This document shows, piece by piece, positions 24,800 to 36,036 of a stretch of DNA of 64,000 bases. The stretch lies in NCBI GenBank assembly GCA_020137815.1, contig CM035357.1, forward strand, positions 6,758,001-6,822,000, in the 5' to 3' direction. How positions within the stretch are numbered: position 1 is the stretch's first letter; each line of letters opens with the position of its first letter. The translations under genes were made by a program, and so were the position numbers. The stretch is from Hormiphora californensis (lineage: Eukaryota > Animalia > Ctenophora). The notes below the pieces were generated by a model that did not search any database, had not been told where the DNA came from, and worked only from the letters and a program-made list of their open reading frames with translations.

Positions 24800-26751
24800 G
24801 GGGGTTTTTTTTTTCCCCCTTTTTTTTTCCCCCCCTTTTTTTTTAAAAATTTTTTTTTGGGGTTTTTTTTTCCCCCCCCCGGGGGTTTTTTTTTGGGGGG
24901 GGCCCCTACCAAAAATTCCTAAATTCCCAAAACTTTGAAAAATAACCTAGACAACGGGAAATTAGTTATGAAAGGGTTCATTCCCCCTGGACCAGGAAAA
25001 ACTTGGGAAACAGAGGACCTTTGGCTGTTAAGATGGTACTCCCTGTCCTGAAATTTAGGTTAAGGGAGGGGCCGGGGAGGGATTGAAAACGGAAAAGAAG
25101 GGGGAGGTCCCAATGCACCGTAGGCAAAGAAAGAGGGGGAAAGAAGAATGAGGAAGGGATGAACACAGCCGAAAGGAAGAAGATAAAAGAAGGTGAGTAA
25201 GTGTATAGAAAAGATACGGGAACAAAAGAGATCAGGGGGAAGAATAACGGGAAAGAAGGGGATAAAGTGCATCCAAAAAATAAGGGGAAGGAAAAATGAG
25301 ATTTGAAGATAAAAAGAAGTAACTGAAAAAGAAGGTGTGGCTGAATAGAATTCTTGCTGGAACATGAAATGATCTGGAACAGTTGAATGCTGAATTTGTG
25401 ATTTTCTCCAAATTTGCCCAACCCAACATACAGATTTATTCACATCAATTGATCAGACACAGAACGTGATCTGAGCGTGGTATGATATGCTGAGCAATGC
25501 CTCGGTGAGCTAGTGAGTGGACGGGAGGCTGCTGAATTATAGGCCCCATGACACTCTCCGCTTAATGACAGTTTCCATGGGGGGCCTATCTAGTGACTTC
25601 ACTGTGGATGTGAAGGTGGCTGAGAAATGAAGGTGGCCGGGAGCTGCTCACCAACAGTAACATGCGATAAACGTGCTAAGTCAGCGACACAAAACCATAT
25701 AATTATGGACGCAACACTATAATGTACTACTCAGTTCTACTCTCTCGCAATCTCTTAATCAACCAAGGATTTGAATTTTGAACATTATGTACAACTGCAA
25801 ATTCATTATGAGTCATTTGTAGTGCGTTTATCAGTTGCATTGATTATAGTTAAACAATAAACATAGAGTTCTTATCCTGTTCAATTGTGTAGATTTGTAG
25901 TTGGTTGGGTGGTTCAAACACAAAGACAAGGGAGGGATGGTGCGAGGATGGTTTAGGGAGGGTATACGATTACAAAGATAAGGGACGATCAGACGATCAA
26001 CTTTTTCTACAATGCAAAGAGGGAAGTGAACTAACCGGGGTTATCTATATTATAAACCACCCCCCCTGTTGATATTTCCCGCACTCTACTGTGGTATATC
26101 AGATAATTTCTCCTTCACACTGTCGCTGTGAATTTCCCCCTTCATAATTCCCTTCCTTTTTTCCCGCCGTCTACAGTTCAAATGAATTTATACAGTTCAA
26201 ATTACATGAATACAGTTCAAATTACAGTTCAAATGTGAATAATAATAAAGAAACATAATCAATCTTTTGGGGGTGGTTTATAATAAATAACCCCACTGTG
26301 TGTCGGGATGAAATATGCGATATTCCCTTGCCTTCGGCTGCGGGAATATCAGCAGTTATTCCCTGCTCGCTCCGCGAGCAGTGGAATAACTGAACGATAT
26401 ACCACCCTGACAGGGTGGTATATCAGATTTCATCCCGACACACAGTGGGGTTATCTATATTATAAAATACAAATTACACATCACTAAGTTCACTAATAAT
26501 ATACCAGAACAAAAGGAACAACCCTTCTGGGGGTCACTATAACATGAACACCCTGTACACACATCTAATGAGGTGCAAAGGACGTGTCATGTATAATGAT
26601 AGCTAGACATAATGCATTTCTCGAGGAGTTGGACGACCAGCGTCATATGGAGAACCACCTGGAACACCTGGTCTAAACGTCCGCTCTATTTTATATCGCA
26701 TATAATACGGGGATCGCTTTCTCTCTCTCTCTCTCTCTCTCTCGCTCTCTC

Positions 26752-26821
<70 letters not shown>

Positions 26822-29489
26822 TCTCCCCCTCTCTCTCTCATCACATATATCACGTCCTGATACCATTGTTACGTGACGTGGGAGACGAAATCATCACCTG
26901 TGACCCATATTCAAAATGGAATAACATCCAGGGATGATCCTGAAATGAAACTGATACTACCGGCGAAACTGGGGTTACCCTGCTGCCATGGTACTATCGG
27001 TACAGAATAAGATATCCCTCACTTAATGGTATATTGATCTTTCACCTCATGAGGGTTGGGCCCTGGTGTTGCTCTATACTGATTATCCTCACTCCCCTAG
27101 TATAATAGCTCTGCCTGTTACTCCCACCTTCCATTAATCTATTCTATCTATTCTATATCACTGATTTACCCTTGCAGGTCACGGTGGGGATGGATTCCTC
27201 AAGTTCCAAGATACAGAGGAGATGAATGCCATGGAGCTATCTGATGTATTTCAACAGATGCACGAAAAGAAACGGTAATACCATGTAGTGTAATACCATG
27301 TGTCATGAAGCTTGAACTTTGGTGACACAGAGTACTACGTTGGTAACTTATCACTCCCCCCCCCCCCCCCCCCCCCGCTTTTGTTGTGTCTCTAATATCG
27401 CCAAGTTTTACCTATCCTGAATCCATTACTTGCGTAATCCCTGCGTATCCCTTGCGTATTCTATGCGGAACCATAGCGTATTCCTTGCGTATTCCTTGCG
27501 TATACCTTGCGTTTTCCTTGCGTAATCCTTGGGGGGGGGGGCGACATGTTAATTGTTAATAAATCACCTCTTTTTTCCGATTTTGTTAATTAACGTTAAT
27601 TAACAAAATTAACAAAGTTAACAAATCAGCAAAAACTGTTCTTATTGGTTGATAATACGACTTTAACTGGTTTAATTTTATAGTTTAATGACTTTTCTAA
27701 CACATATATACCCAAACAAGGCCTCTTCCGATAACCAAAGTCCGACATACATGTTTTTTGGCTCAAAATCGATAAAATCCAAAAGTTAAAAATATTTCAA
27801 TTTAGCGTATAAAATCTCACTTTAACGTGATTTTTTCATCGATAATCGATTCTTTGAACGAATGAAGATGATGTACAACGTTTCTGTCGGAAAAATAAAC
27901 AAAATATTTCCAAAATCAATTTTTTGGTCAAAAATTGAAAATTTGCTTCGCTACAAATCCTTGTGTTTTTTTAGAAAAATTGATTTTTGGGATATTTTTG
28001 TTTTATGGTAAATTCATGAGTCTCAATTAGTTTTTAGGGTTTAAAAAAGGTGGATTAGGGTCAATTGACTTCAATTGCGGTTTAGTTTGGCTAGTTTTTA
28101 TTAAAATTTACACAATGGAACAAATCGCTGTAGAAAAGCCGTAGTAGAGGTTAGTAGGAGTGTGCAAATCGTGCAAGAGGAACAACTTTGCTCGCAGAAC
28201 AAGTGTTAAATACCAAAAACACGCGCTTAAGGTGATTTAGATGGCATAAATGGCATTTGTTAACGTTTGTTAACTTTTTGTTAATTTTGTTAATAAATCA
28301 CCTGTTTTCTCGATGTTAATATTAACAAAGTTAACAAAATTAACATGTCGCACCCCCCAATCCTTGCGCTTTTTAGAAAATGGAGAACCCCGTGAGTACC
28401 CCATTTTATCCCAGGTATAACGAGTTATTGTTCATGATAGACACGTGTCAAGCTGGGTCCATGGTCCTACCCATCAAATCACCCAATATCATTGGGGTGG
28501 GGTCCAGTACAGTAGGACAGGACTCCCTCTCTCACCATGGTGACCATGAAATAGGTATTATTGGGTTTGGTTACAGCAACCTTTTCATAAAACTAATCGA
28601 CTGAAATTTCATCTCTGAAGGATTTTGACTTTTAGAAATATACCATGGAAATCAGAAATATTTCTGTTGAACCAATGTATCAACATTTCCTAGGTGTGTA
28701 TGTGATAGACAGGTGGACTTATTACACCCTGGATTTTCTGGAGAAGATCCGACCTAACAGCCAGGCCAAACTGAAGGAACTATTCAGGTGAGTCCTGGAA
28801 ATTTGCCAGTAATACCAGGACTCTAATAGCGTTTTTTGTCGGAATGTTTTGACTTGCCTCTTATGTCTGGTTTAGCGAGTGTGGGTGTGGGTAATCCTCT
28901 AACCAAGTTGTTGCTTGCGTGCGAAAAATATTTTGTTACACATTGCCAGCTTGTCTGAAGAGGTCTTCTTTTGTTCTTTCATCCAAGCTGGACTCCTTGT
29001 TTGGCTACAGTTTTATTTACATCGCAAGGAAGCTTATTTTTTCTTTTCCTTGTATGTACTGCCAGGCCAATGCTCTGACAGTCCTAGTGGCCAATCAGAC
29101 AGCAGCTCCCTCAAACTACACCCTCTTTCACCCCCAGCTCCCTCAAACTACACCCTCTTTCACCCCCAGCTCCCTCAAACTACACCCTCTTTCACCCCCA
29201 GCTCCCTCAAACTACACCCTCTTTCACCCCCAGCTCAAACTCCACTCTCTTTTTCAGGGTCTACTCTACGGCGGATATCCGATCAACACCCCAATATTCC
29301 AACCTGAAACTCTTCAACTCCCGGCCTATTGACAAAATTCTCATCACTGACTTCTTCGGGAGTGTTCGGCAGACGGTTCTGTTTAACGAAGGGACGGTGG
29401 AAGAGGCGTTAGCACAACGGACAGTGGGGGAAGAGGCGCTGTTTTTGGTACCGAACAATCTGGAATTAGTATCACAACTTCCCTTTTAA
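19358..29489 (+). CDS. PIGK: GPI-anchor transamidase catalytic subunit (GPI8, peptidase C13)
   Basis: [68 protein letters not shown]. Exons about 19358-19517, 19683-19759, 21597-21647, 21915-22047, 27178-27274, 28415-28554, 28694-28787, 29258-29489. Confidence 0.95.
19970..21185 (-). CDS. Orphan rhodopsin-class (class A) GPCR nested antisense in PIGK intron 2
   Basis: Exons 21185-21017, 20889-20809, 20727-19970. TM motifs FGLPAN (TM1), LSATD (TM2), SIARL (DRY position), CNVP (TM6), NAAVNPMIY (TM7). Confidence 0.9.
21716..21773. repeat. Perfect 58-bp palindrome in PIGK intron 3
   Basis: AAGAGATAAAGATGAAAATGGCAGCTATA|TATAGCTGCCATTTTCATCTTTATCTCTT. Confidence 0.95.
22200..22481. mobile_element. 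Multi-hairpin non-autonomous element (Crypton-like), copy 1
   Basis: TATAAACCACCCCCC inverted-repeat module, then an outer stem enclosing three hairpins; homologous to 26030-26465. Confidence 0.55.
22820..24421. mobile_element. Fold-back-like element with inverted subterminal arrays
   Basis: Imperfect ends CAGGGCCGTCCCGACC / GGTCGGGACTGCACCCTA; AATTTAGGGTAGGTC(TG) arrays mirrored at both ends; about six internal copies of a 62-bp unit at 23100-23450, with an inverted copy near 23630-23700. Confidence 0.75.
23731..24223. mobile_element. Poly-G/poly-C-capped TIR element nested in the fold-back element
   Basis: C-G15-TTCAGGATAAATGGTTCGGACGTATATGCC ... GGCATATACGTCCGACCACTTAATCCTGAA-C25-G; TSD TACGGAC. 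Confidence 0.85.
26030..26465. mobile_element. Multi-hairpin non-autonomous element (Crypton-like), copy 2
   Basis: Sites GGGGTTATCTATATTATAAACC, GGTTTATAATAAATAACCCC and GGGGTTATCTATATTATAA; outer stem 26278-26314 / 26427-26465 enclosing three hairpins. Confidence 0.6.
27531..28358. mobile_element. Poly-G/poly-C-capped TIR element inserted in a CCTTGCGTATT array
   Basis: G11-CGACATGTTAATT ... AATTAACATGTCGCA-C6; TSD AATCCTT(G). Confidence 0.85.
29103..29250 (+). repeat. 32-bp tandem repeat abutting the last PIGK acceptor
   Basis: CAGCTCCCTCAAACTACACCCTCTTTCACCCC, four copies plus a partial copy. Confidence 0.9.
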
Positions 29490-29789
29490 ATAATACAGGG
29501 CGACTGATTTCTTGTCGTTTAGATATTGCTTGTTATTCGCTTTTTCAACATGCTTAGGTAGGGAGTAACATGTAATTATGGCGGATGTGACGGATTATTA
29601 TATTTTAATACTACATATGTTGTGTGAGGGTATGTGACGTTGTATTTTGAACTTATTTGACAACTTCGTTAACTGGTTGTATAATGTATTCAATTTATAT
29701 ATTAGCCTTACTAACGCGTTAAACATCACGCGTTACACATCACGCAGATATCACGCAACAACAACAACAATAACAGAGATAACATAAGA

Positions 29790-32097
29790 TCACATCAGTT
29801 CGACTTGGTCACACAGACCACATGACTTTTTACACTTTTTTTTCATAAACTTCGTTTTACAGGCTTCACTGTCTTCCTCAATCTTCTGAGCACAAAAATC
29901 CTTCTTTTTGGCCTTGTCACGGCAATCTGAAACAGATAACATATTTAACAGACATTCCTATCAGGATGATATAATGGTATAGCCGGGCCTGTCATGGATC
30001 ACCACCCCCGTCTTGATTTCTTCAAAAGACATCTGGCAGTTCAAATTGGTTCGGCGGTGCCCGACAATTATAGATGTCGTGACAAAGAAGACTTACTTGG
30101 CTGTAATTTGACACATGTTGGGGGATCAACAAACGCTCTATTCTGGCAGGTAATATCACTGTTACCCTGTAACTCGTACCCCTCCCCACACTCCACAGTT
30201 ATAGTTTCACCGGGAAGAAGGGGTAGCCGCCATTCCATGGGCACTAGGTTGGGATCCGGTAACTCCCTACATAACTCTGAAAATATGGTTTTGTAGTCGC
30301 CTGATACTGTGAAATACACAGGAACAATTCGACATGGCGTTAACTTTTATTCCTCCATCAGGTTTTTTCCCGTCAAAGTTGGATGGAAGAGGCCAATCTT
30401 AACATATAACCGGAAGTAACTACACCATTCTAAGGAGCCTGAAATGGGGCCATATTATACAGTAAGTTTATACCTGCACAGATGTTGCATGTCTTCATAC
30501 AGTATACCCTCTCCCTTTCATTATCACACACAGACACATCACACTTGAGGTAGTCGTCCTTTACCTCACCCTCACAAAGCTCTGAAATAGAGATAGCTTG
30601 ATAGCAATAAAGTAGAGATGAGTACTTGATGGTTGGTCATGGGGGGGGGGGGGGGTTCAAACCAGGTGCGGGGATAGAGGGTACAAAGCTCTGAAATGTA
30701 GAGAGGGAGTATAAGAGACGAGCTGTATATTGATGGTTGGTCATGGGGGAGGAGGTATCATGGTATAATACCCCAGTTTTGGCTGAATCCCATTTCATCA
30801 TCATGATGGGGTTGAAACTCACCGCAAACTTTGCAAGTCCGGGGACACTGTTTCTGAGCTGCTTCGTCGGCACAGTTCACTCCGTTTGTTTTCCCATATG
30901 ATTCAGCACACGCTCGTTCTGTATCCGCACATTGGGAGTCCCTTACTAGAGAGAAAGTTAAATTTTAGTAGACTCTATCTAACCGACGCCAAATTATCAG
31001 TCTAATCGAAGTTTTTATTTATAAAAGTGGTTAGAACTAGAAGCAAAAAGAATGAGACTCCGAGTTCAGAATCTAGTAATTAGTTTGTCTCCTTACTCCT
31101 AATATTTACATGGGTAAAGCTGCTGAAGAGCCTTCATATCAAATTGAGATAGTTTCAGCTCCTGATGTTTCCTCATTCCACCAAAATTCCAGTACATAAC
31201 CGAATCTTTATCGTCAAGATGACTGAAATGGTCATTACTAGTTGTTACCCTCATCTATCCAATATCTGGGCGTGTTGCAAAGCACATCTGAGCACACTAT
31301 CAAAATGGTACAGGAACCGACCGACACAAGTAAACAACCAATCAGAACTCGTTATTTAGGTCACGTGACTGGTTATCAGCCAATCAGGGACCAGTATTTC
31401 CTGATTCGGTCGGTTCCTGAAATGGTACATACTCTAATCCAAGTGAATGGCCCAGTTCATGAAGCACAATGGTGTAAAAGTAGGGTTGAACAAAGGATCC
31501 AGTTTGGCGCTTATCGAACTGTTCGTCTGTCCATGTCATTAGGGTGTTCAAATGGACGTCACCTGCAGTGATTAGCATGTTGGGCTCATTTTGGGCAAGG
31601 AGCTCCCCTCTGGAGCCAAGGTTTCATGCAAGTTGTGGGGAAAAGAGCGTCCGTGTCCAAAAAGCCAGTTATCGCCGCGCTGGGGGATACTAATTTTCTC
31701 CATGAGGTATGTACCTACCGAACTTGAAGGCATGCCCAAATATGGCTCCACAATACTGTACACTCTCCCCGAACCCATGTCCATCAAGGTAGTCAGGGTC
31801 CTCATCTAACCTCCCAGCGGGGTGGACACATCCTGCAAACCTGATCCTAATATCCTCCCTGATTGTAGATTCTGTTTGAGCCTCAATATCCTCTACATTC
31901 TGTAATCTAGGGGTGGTGTTTTGGCAGGCATTGACAGCTGTGTTACTGTTACTATTATTATGCCAAAAACTAACAGAAATTAGTTGGCTGGAAAGGTGAC
32001 CACTTTTGTTGTCAAACTGACACCTTTGCCGTCTCCGGGTTTTTTCATCATCATTATATCCCTCTCTGATCACTCTCTCTCTCTCACTCTCTCTCTC

Positions 32098-32162
<65 letters not shown>

Positions 32163-33979
32163 TTCCCTCTCTTTCCGTAACCCGGGCCGGGCAAAGGTGT
32201 CAGTTTGACAACAAAAGTGGTCACCTTTCCAGCCAACTAATTTCTGTTAGTTTTTGGCATAATTTAGGTTCATTTTTGGTATTTTCTGATGTAAAATACG
32301 ATGTAAGACATGTCTGGACGTAGCAGAACTTGTAAAGACCGTCAGGAATCGCTAAAATACGAAAATTTCAATTTTGACGTCATTGTGACGTCATGGCGTG
32401 ACGTCACGACGTTATAACGTCATGCTAGTGAAAAATTAGTATCAGGCTCATCTAGATAAAGATGCTGACCAAGTTTGAGATCGATTGGACAAGATTTGAG
32501 GTCGCTATGGCGAAAAACACACTATCGTCATATCTATTTTCATACAGTCTTAACACTTCAGACGCGATTTAGGACCCTTGAAAATAGAGTTTCACAAATT
32601 CGCCTTATAGTTTCTGAAAGTTTAGACGATTATCTTTCATAAGTGTGGTCTCCATTTTTCAATCAGAAGCCGTCTTCAGGGTGTAAATTGAGCTCAAAGA
32701 TATTTGGTCGATTTGAAAAATGTCTTATCTTTATGACAGTTTTTAAGGACGTTCTGGTTGGACCTAGAACATGAAAACCGTCCAATAACACAATTCAAAC
32801 GATTATCTTTTGAATGATTCAAACGAGAAGTGTCTATCTCTTGTAGTTTTTCCAGAAAATTGTCTGCAAATTGTGTAAAAAAGCGTCTATATGTATGTAT
32901 ATATATAGACCAGGGACATTTATTGCTTTTTTCACCATGTCTTAACTCTGAAACTAAAAGAGATAGAGACTTGCCCTTTTAAACTCCAGTAGATCTAGTC
33001 TACGTGACACTGTATACCAAATTTCAGACCGATTGGTGCAGTGGGGGCCTCGCTATGGGCGTCGCAAAATGCCATTTTTGGCTAAAAACTGAAAAAACTT
33101 ATTACTGCTTTCTGGCACGCGCGGCTGGGGGGAGGTGGTGGTCACCTTTGCGCTTGCCAGCGCAGTGATAATCGAGTATCAGGTGATTGGATCAAAGTTT
33201 AAATCACAAGAGGTGTGGTTTTGTGTCCTTGTATTGATACACTGTCAGAGCATTGGCCTGACAGTTGATACAATAATCTTGGCCCACTATCATCTTGCAA
33301 GGCTACTCGACCTACAGCTTGGACTACTCACAGTATGTTGGCCTCTGCTACAGTATTCCACATTCCTGCTGCCCTATCCACTTCCTCTCTCATCTTAGTG
33401 GTGGACATGGCAGAACATATTGGGCCTGAATCACTCATAAACCTGTAGGTTATCACCTGCAGAACAGTGGACAATGGTAGATGGGTTGGTAACAACGGTA
33501 CCTCTCGCGAATCGAGTCCTACGTTACCAAGTAGATGGCTGGCGGAAAAGATGCAGCGGAATCATTTTAGTCGAGAAGGTGTATTGAGCCTTGTTTTTTT
33601 TCAAACCCATGTCGCGAAAAGGGGGTCGAGCTAGGCAAATTGAGCCAAGAATCATCACTATAAGTACCTCTTACCTTTCCATACCAGTTCCCTCGGTTTC
33701 CTCTTTCATCAGGATTAGTATAAATGGTATCGGTATAATCCTCTTCGACATCATCCGCCGTTACTACCCTCTCCTCTATCCAAGGATCGTTCTGGAAAAG
33801 CAACTTTTAGGGAAAAGTTTGGGGGAGGGGTTATTAGACGAACATTCCCCAAAACTGTATAAAATAACAGCTGCCAATTGAAACATTTTACTCACTTGGA
33901 TACACTCATCTGACGCTCGAATGTTACTACACTGTTCGTAGGATGATAGAACGGGAAGGAGCAAAAATAGACACAGCAT
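29790..33979 (-). CDS. Secreted matrixin-type (M10) metzincin with ShK-ShK-Sushi-ShK C-terminal domains
   Basis: Exons about 33979-33896, 33791-33675, 33456-33332, 31906-31719, 31562-31433, 31222-31110, 30945-30823, 30581-30474, 30276-30097, 29926-29790. Spliced HELGHSLGLDH, Met-turn SVMY, GHAF, GDVHL, ALQQLY; ShK ends CPRTCKVC, CMKTCNIC, CKKSCGLC; Sushi VECGEGYELQG..ITC. Confidence 0.85.
31311..31419. mobile_element. 109-bp hAT-type MITE
   Basis: TIR CAGGAACCGACCGA / TCGGTCGGTTCCTG with a perfect 8-bp TSD AAATGGTA. Confidence 0.9.
32040..33171 (+). mobile_element. Helentron/DINE-1-like non-autonomous element
   Basis: 5' (CT)n, subterminal IR GCAAAGGTGTC with a nearby short IR GTCACCTTTCC; 3' GTCACCTTTGC overlapping stem-loop TGCGC-TTGCCA-GCGCA then GTGATAAT. 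No TSD. The 5' boundary is approximate. Confidence 0.55.
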
Positions 33980-35865
33980 CTAAAGGAGCAAAATTGCCGA
34001 TAGATTTCTTGATAAAGGAGCAAGTTGAACCAAGAGCAGGGGATGATGGAATGAAAGACTATAATTATGCTACTGATCAAATGCAGCTGCTGTGTATGAA
34101 TGTTACTAATGAAAGGGATGGAAAAACTACAGTCAGAAAGACGCTGATATTACGCACACATTATATTGCAATGCACAAGAATAATCCATTGAGATATAAC
34201 AATGCAAGGACCTACTGCTACTCAGTGAATTTATTGGGGACGTTGGTAAGGGCAAGAGTATCGCGGCTAATAATAAATAGGGCGGGTCGCCAGTAGCAAA
34301 GCCACCCATGTATCAAGAGATGAAGTGGGACCATGTTAGATCAAGGTTTTCACCTAACGGTAATGTTGCTGTTTTACCCTAAATCTGCTCATTGCCCATG
34401 CATTCACCATCTAGATGATTAATGCATGGGCATTGTGTGTGAGGACAACTGCTGTTGCTTTGAAACAAATGTAGAAGGGTTGAGTAACAAAGAGACGACG
34501 GTCGGATTTAAATCCTGAGCGTCGTCTCTTTGTTACCCAACCCCTTTGTTTCAACCACATCCGGAATAATGGACGACCAGAGTTATACTCGGTTCAGGCA
34601 TTTCAGGAGTATGGTATCCTTGCATATTCAGAACGTCTTATGGGGTCCTTGGTCCACAACTAGTCCACAATGGCGGGATGAAATCACGTGGAACTTGCTT
34701 TTCCTGCTAGCTGGGCGCCTAAAACCACCGGTAGCGAAGTGGACCGCCACTTCTAAGGAGACTGAGTAGTGAGTATAATAATATCACAAATATATTACAC
34801 AAAGTCTGCGTCTTCTTACCGTATTTCAAATACGGTATCTCCACTACAAACGGCACTGTAACTACTACATACCTTACTATCCTAGTACAGTCTACACACA
34901 AAGAAAGTACTATAATAACCACTTGCCTTTCATATTCGGGATATTCCTGGATAGTGGATACATTTCTCTGTGTGATATTCCTGCAGATAGTGTTCTTGTA
35001 GTTGCTCAACATATACATTTCCATGTGTGTTTCACCATGCCCCGTTCTCCTTCTTCTTTGGTAGAGAACACTCTCCCTAAAAACCCTTTCATGCCAGCCC
35101 TTCTCCTCCACTCATGAGATAATTAAGACGAATATTAGTGAACAATTGTTTACCCTACCACGGACAGTGGGCAGATTTAACTACAGCCCCGTCACACCAT
35201 ACCCCACAGTGGGCAGCTCCATCACACCAAGATTCGAATCAGAAAACCACCACCATACATAAATTCCGATTCTCTCTCCTCTCTTACCTCCACTTACCTT
35301 ACCAATACGATGGATCATAGAACCCGAAATGAAATTCTAGAGTACACGATGTGCTCTAAGCTGTCCAATGACCAACATCCGGCAATTCTCAGTATCCTTC
35401 CAATACCCCTCTATCCCTCTCTCTTTCTCTCTCTCCCTCTCTCTCTCTCCCTCTCCCTCTCTGTTTTTAACCACATCCTTGAGCTAAGAGCTGGGTTTGA
35501 GAAATAAAAGTTTGGAAAGGGAGATACAGAAAGGGAGAGTGAGAGGGAGCGAGAGAGGGAGAGAAAGGTAATGGGAAAGCCGTTCTAGTAGAGTGGTCTA
35601 ATAGTGTTGTTTCCTAGTTTTTAAGTTCGCGTTCTCTACTCGACAGTCATTCACATTGGTGCGTCCCTTTACTTTGCCCTCAGCACGACCCAGGTTCGAT
35701 CTAGAGAGACGGGGTGACAGAGAGAGGGGGGAAGAGAGAGACAGAGAGAGAGAGAAGGAAAGATAGAGAGACGGAAAGAAAGAGAGGAGATTGCTGACAG
35801 GGTGCAACATGCGGCAGGTGCACTCATACACAAAACCTCTTCATCATTTTCCCTCACTATCCTTC

Positions 35866-35905
<40 letters not shown>

Positions 35906-35969
35906 CATTTCTCTCCGCTCTCTCAATTTTTGTCCCCTTTAGCAGTTTTCGCTCCTCTCCCCTCTCTCT

Positions 35970-36036
<67 letters not shown>

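Larger units (their letters stand above)
22482..26029 (-). mobile_element. Putative retroposed insertion (poly-A on the minus strand) hosting further elements
   Basis: T24 run at 22482-22505; 10-bp direct repeat ACTAACCGGG at 22472-22481 and 26030-26039. No recognisable RT ORF. Confidence 0.4.

Noticed and set aside
24568-24960. Lys-rich and Phe-rich ORFs built from homopolymer blocks
   Set aside because: Runs of T, G, C and A typical of low-quality read or gap-fill sequence; no credible protein.
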